From positions 3,210,001 through 3,242,000 of the forward strand of contig NC_003450.3 in NCBI RefSeq assembly GCF_000011325.1: DNA of 32,000 bases, given 5' to 3'. The notes beneath the pieces were generated by a model. It had not been told where the DNA came from. It was given only the letters and a program-made list of their open reading frames with translations, and searched no databases. Position numbers and translations under genes: made by a program. Each line of letters opens with the position of its first letter. Positions within the stretch are counted from its first letter, which is position 1. The DNA is from Corynebacterium glutamicum ATCC 13032 (GTDB taxonomy: Bacteria; Actinomycetota; Actinomycetes; Mycobacteriales; Mycobacteriaceae). Of the stretch, positions 30,311 through 32,000 are shown in pieces.

Positions 30311-31852
30311 TTAGCTTCGAGCCGGTGGGGTAGGAGCGCCCGCCGGAGGAGCAATCTTAGGGTAGGTCCGAGCCCCAGCCGTTGGAGTGGCATCAGCTTC
30401 CGCCTTCTCCACGCGCTCACGGTTGGGAGCTGGATCCCAGTGCCCATTCACGACGCGCTTCTGGAAGACCATCGCGCCACCCAGAAGAACCGCTGCGATG
30501 ATGAGCAACAAGATGAGCCCGCCAGCACCTTCCACCTTGGCTGCAGAACCAACAACGATTCCGAACCAACCAAAGTCCGCATCACCGAAAGTGGTGTTCT
30601 CTGACCCGAAGGAACCAAGCACACCAAGCAGGAAAGCAGGGAGGAAGGTAATCAGAAGACCGTTGGCAAAGGCGCCAAATACTGCTCCTCGACGACCACC
30701 CGTGGCATTACCGTAAACGCCCGCCGCGCCACCAGTGAAGAAGTGGGGGACCAAACCAGGCAGAATCAACGCGACACCAAAAGCTGGGTTCAGCCACGAT
30801 GCAAGAACAGTCAGGCCAACCAAGCCACCGACGAAGGAAGACAAGAAACCAATGAGAACGGCGTTCTGCGCGTAGGGGAACACGATCGGTGCATCCAATG
30901 CGGGGATAGCTCCGGGAACAACCTTCGCAGCAATACCTTGGAATGCGGGGACCAGTTCACCAAGAATGGTGCGGACACCAAAGAGAATCACGGCAACTGC
31001 AACGCCGAACTGCAGACCTTGAGTGAAGGACTGCATGATGTAGTTGCCTACGTTGGTGGCGCCATTGGGGAATGCAGTGAAGGCTTCTTCTTCTCCTGCG
31101 CGCACCAGGAACAAAATAGCCAAAATGATGTACATGATCGCCATGGACAGAGCTGTAGAAACCATGGAGTCGCGGAGGAAGCGCAAGCCTTCCGGAACCT
31201 TCATATCCTCAGTGGAAGGGCTGGCCTTCTTGCCCTTGCCACCGACCAGTCGGCCGACTGCACCGGCAGCTACATAACCTGCGGTGCCGAAGTGTCCAAT
31301 GGCAATGGAATCATCGCCAGTGATTCGGCGAGTCCACGGATGCGCGAACGCAGGCAACGACACCATGAGAATACCGAGCAAGAGAGCACCCACACCCACC
31401 ACAATCCACGCATCAAATCCGGCGGTGGCCAAGATGATGGTGAGCATGGTGGACATGAACAGCACGTGGTGTCCGGTGAGGAAGACATAACGCAGGTTGG
31501 TGAAACGAGCCAACACCAAAGAGATGGCGAAGCCCAGAATCATCAGCCACGCCACCTGCGCGCCGTATTCAGCCTGTGCGATTCCGGCGATGGCTTCATT
31601 CGTTGGGACAACACCACGCATGCCTGTGGCACCCATGATCATCGCACCCAGTGGCTCCAGGGAGGCAGTGACCAACGTGGCACCCGCACCAATGAGCAAA
31701 AAGCCCAACGTTGCTTTGATTGCTCCACCGATAACCTGACCGACGGAACGCCCCATGGCACCCAATCCCACGGCGGTGATGATACCGATGAGGAAAGCCG
31801 GAACCGCAAGGATTTCATTAACGAGGAAAAGAGGAATGGTTAACCAGTCCAT
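30311..31852 (-). CDS. PTS EIIC component, ascorbate (UlaA/SgaT) family
   Basis: 513 aa, polytopic. The N-terminus MDWLTIPLFLVNEILAVPAFLIGIITAVGL is typical of UlaA/SgaT. It has a roughly 45-aa Pro/Ala-rich cytoplasmic tail. I recall the C. glutamicum homologue being annotated as a ribitol-type PTS permease but cannot verify that. Confidence 0.88.
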   Translation of the reverse strand: MDWLTIPLFLVNEILAVPAFLIGIITAVGLGAMGRSVGQVIGGAIKATLGFLLIGAGATLVTASLEPLGAMIMGATGMRGVVPTNEAIAGIAQAEYGAQVAWLMILGFAISLVLARFTNLRYVFLTGHHVLFMSTMLTIILATAGFDAWIVVGVGALLLGILMVSLPAFAHPWTRRITGDDSIAIGHFGTAGYVAAGAVGRLVGGKGKKASPSTEDMKVPEGLRFLRDSMVSTALSMAIMYIILAILFLVRAGEEEAFTAFPNGATNVGNYIMQSFTQGLQFGVAVAVILFGVRTILGELVPAFQGIAAKVVPGAIPALDAPIVFPYAQNAVLIGFLSSFVGGLVGLTVLASWLNPAFGVALILPGLVPHFFTGGAAGVYGNATGGRRGAVFGAFANGLLITFLPAFLLGVLGSFGSENTTFGDADFGWFGIVVGSAAKVEGAGGLILLLIIAAVLLGGAMVFQKRVVNGHWDPAPNRERVEKAEADATPTAGARTYPKIAPPAGAPTPPARS

Positions 31853-31876
31853 AATATTTTCGTCCTTTTAAAGTAG

Positions 31877-32000
31877 TTAGATGTCGTAGCGTTCACGAAG
31901 CGCAGCATCGATTTCATCGGTGCTCGTGAAGTCATTGATCACGTGAACCGGGATTCCAACATCACCCAACGTGCGGGCGATTTCACCAGAGGTCATGATG
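31877..32000 (-). CDS. PTS EIIB-like protein, C-terminal 40 codons only (5' part outside window)
   Basis: My translation is ...IMTSGEIARTLGDVGIPVHVINDFTSTDEIDAALRERYDI-stop (TAA 31879-31877). It lies immediately upstream of the EIIC gene in the same orientation. The assignment rests mostly on context. Confidence 0.5.
   Translation of the reverse strand, partial: IMTSGEIARTLGDVGIPVHVINDFTSTDEIDAALRERYDI

Noticed and set aside
30743-31843. 366-aa plus-strand ORF
   Set aside because: It is antisense to the PTS EIIC gene. It is hydrophilic, low-complexity (G/D/H/Q-rich) and has no motif.
31925-31945. Possible third parS (TTGATCACGTGAACCG)
   Set aside because: Only 11 of 16 positions match the consensus. 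Both outer halves are degenerate. It shares just the CACGTG core, which also occurs by chance at several other places.

Overview
This window is a core-chromosome segment. From gene order and protein sequences (memory only, no search possible) I recognise it as Corynebacterium glutamicum or a very close relative, in the region carrying leuS, the gentisate/3-hydroxybenzoate cluster and the trp operon. Gene order, left to right: partial FGGY sugar kinase (-); two tandem VanZ-like membrane proteins (-); RclA/YkgC-like flavoprotein disulfide reductase (+); DadA-like FAD oxidoreductase (-); a secreted VWA-domain gene interrupted by one in-frame TAG (-); a small secreted protein (-); RutE-like nitroreductase (+); a low-GC orphan ORF (+); leuS (-); DUF454/YbaN membrane protein (+); a solitary HigA-like antitoxin (-); nagL-nagK-nagI (-); genR (-); genK-genH (+); a 600-bp repeat-rich non-coding gap; a DAACS symporter (-); trpP (+); the trpL leader/attenuator and trpE-G-D-C(F)-B-A (+); a UlaA-type PTS EIIC (-); and the tail of a PTS EIIB (-). 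I saw no tRNA/rRNA, CRISPR, transposase, integrase or phage genes, and I do not see a convincing new multi-gene system. Four signals are not explained by the gene list. (i) A 24-bp perfect palindrome occurs twice, once inside the trpC(F) reading frame and once just after trpA; its 16-bp core is the consensus parS (ParB centromere) site. (ii) The genH/symporter gap holds a nested, alternating-orientation repeat array and a second set of mutually exclusive inverted repeats. (iii) The VWA gene is interrupted by a nonsense codon. (iv) The HigA gene has no toxin partner, has paired palindromes upstream, and is followed by a homopolymer-rich spacer in a 0.5-kb gene-free gap. Start codons are my own choices from SD and homology reasoning, and several are uncertain.
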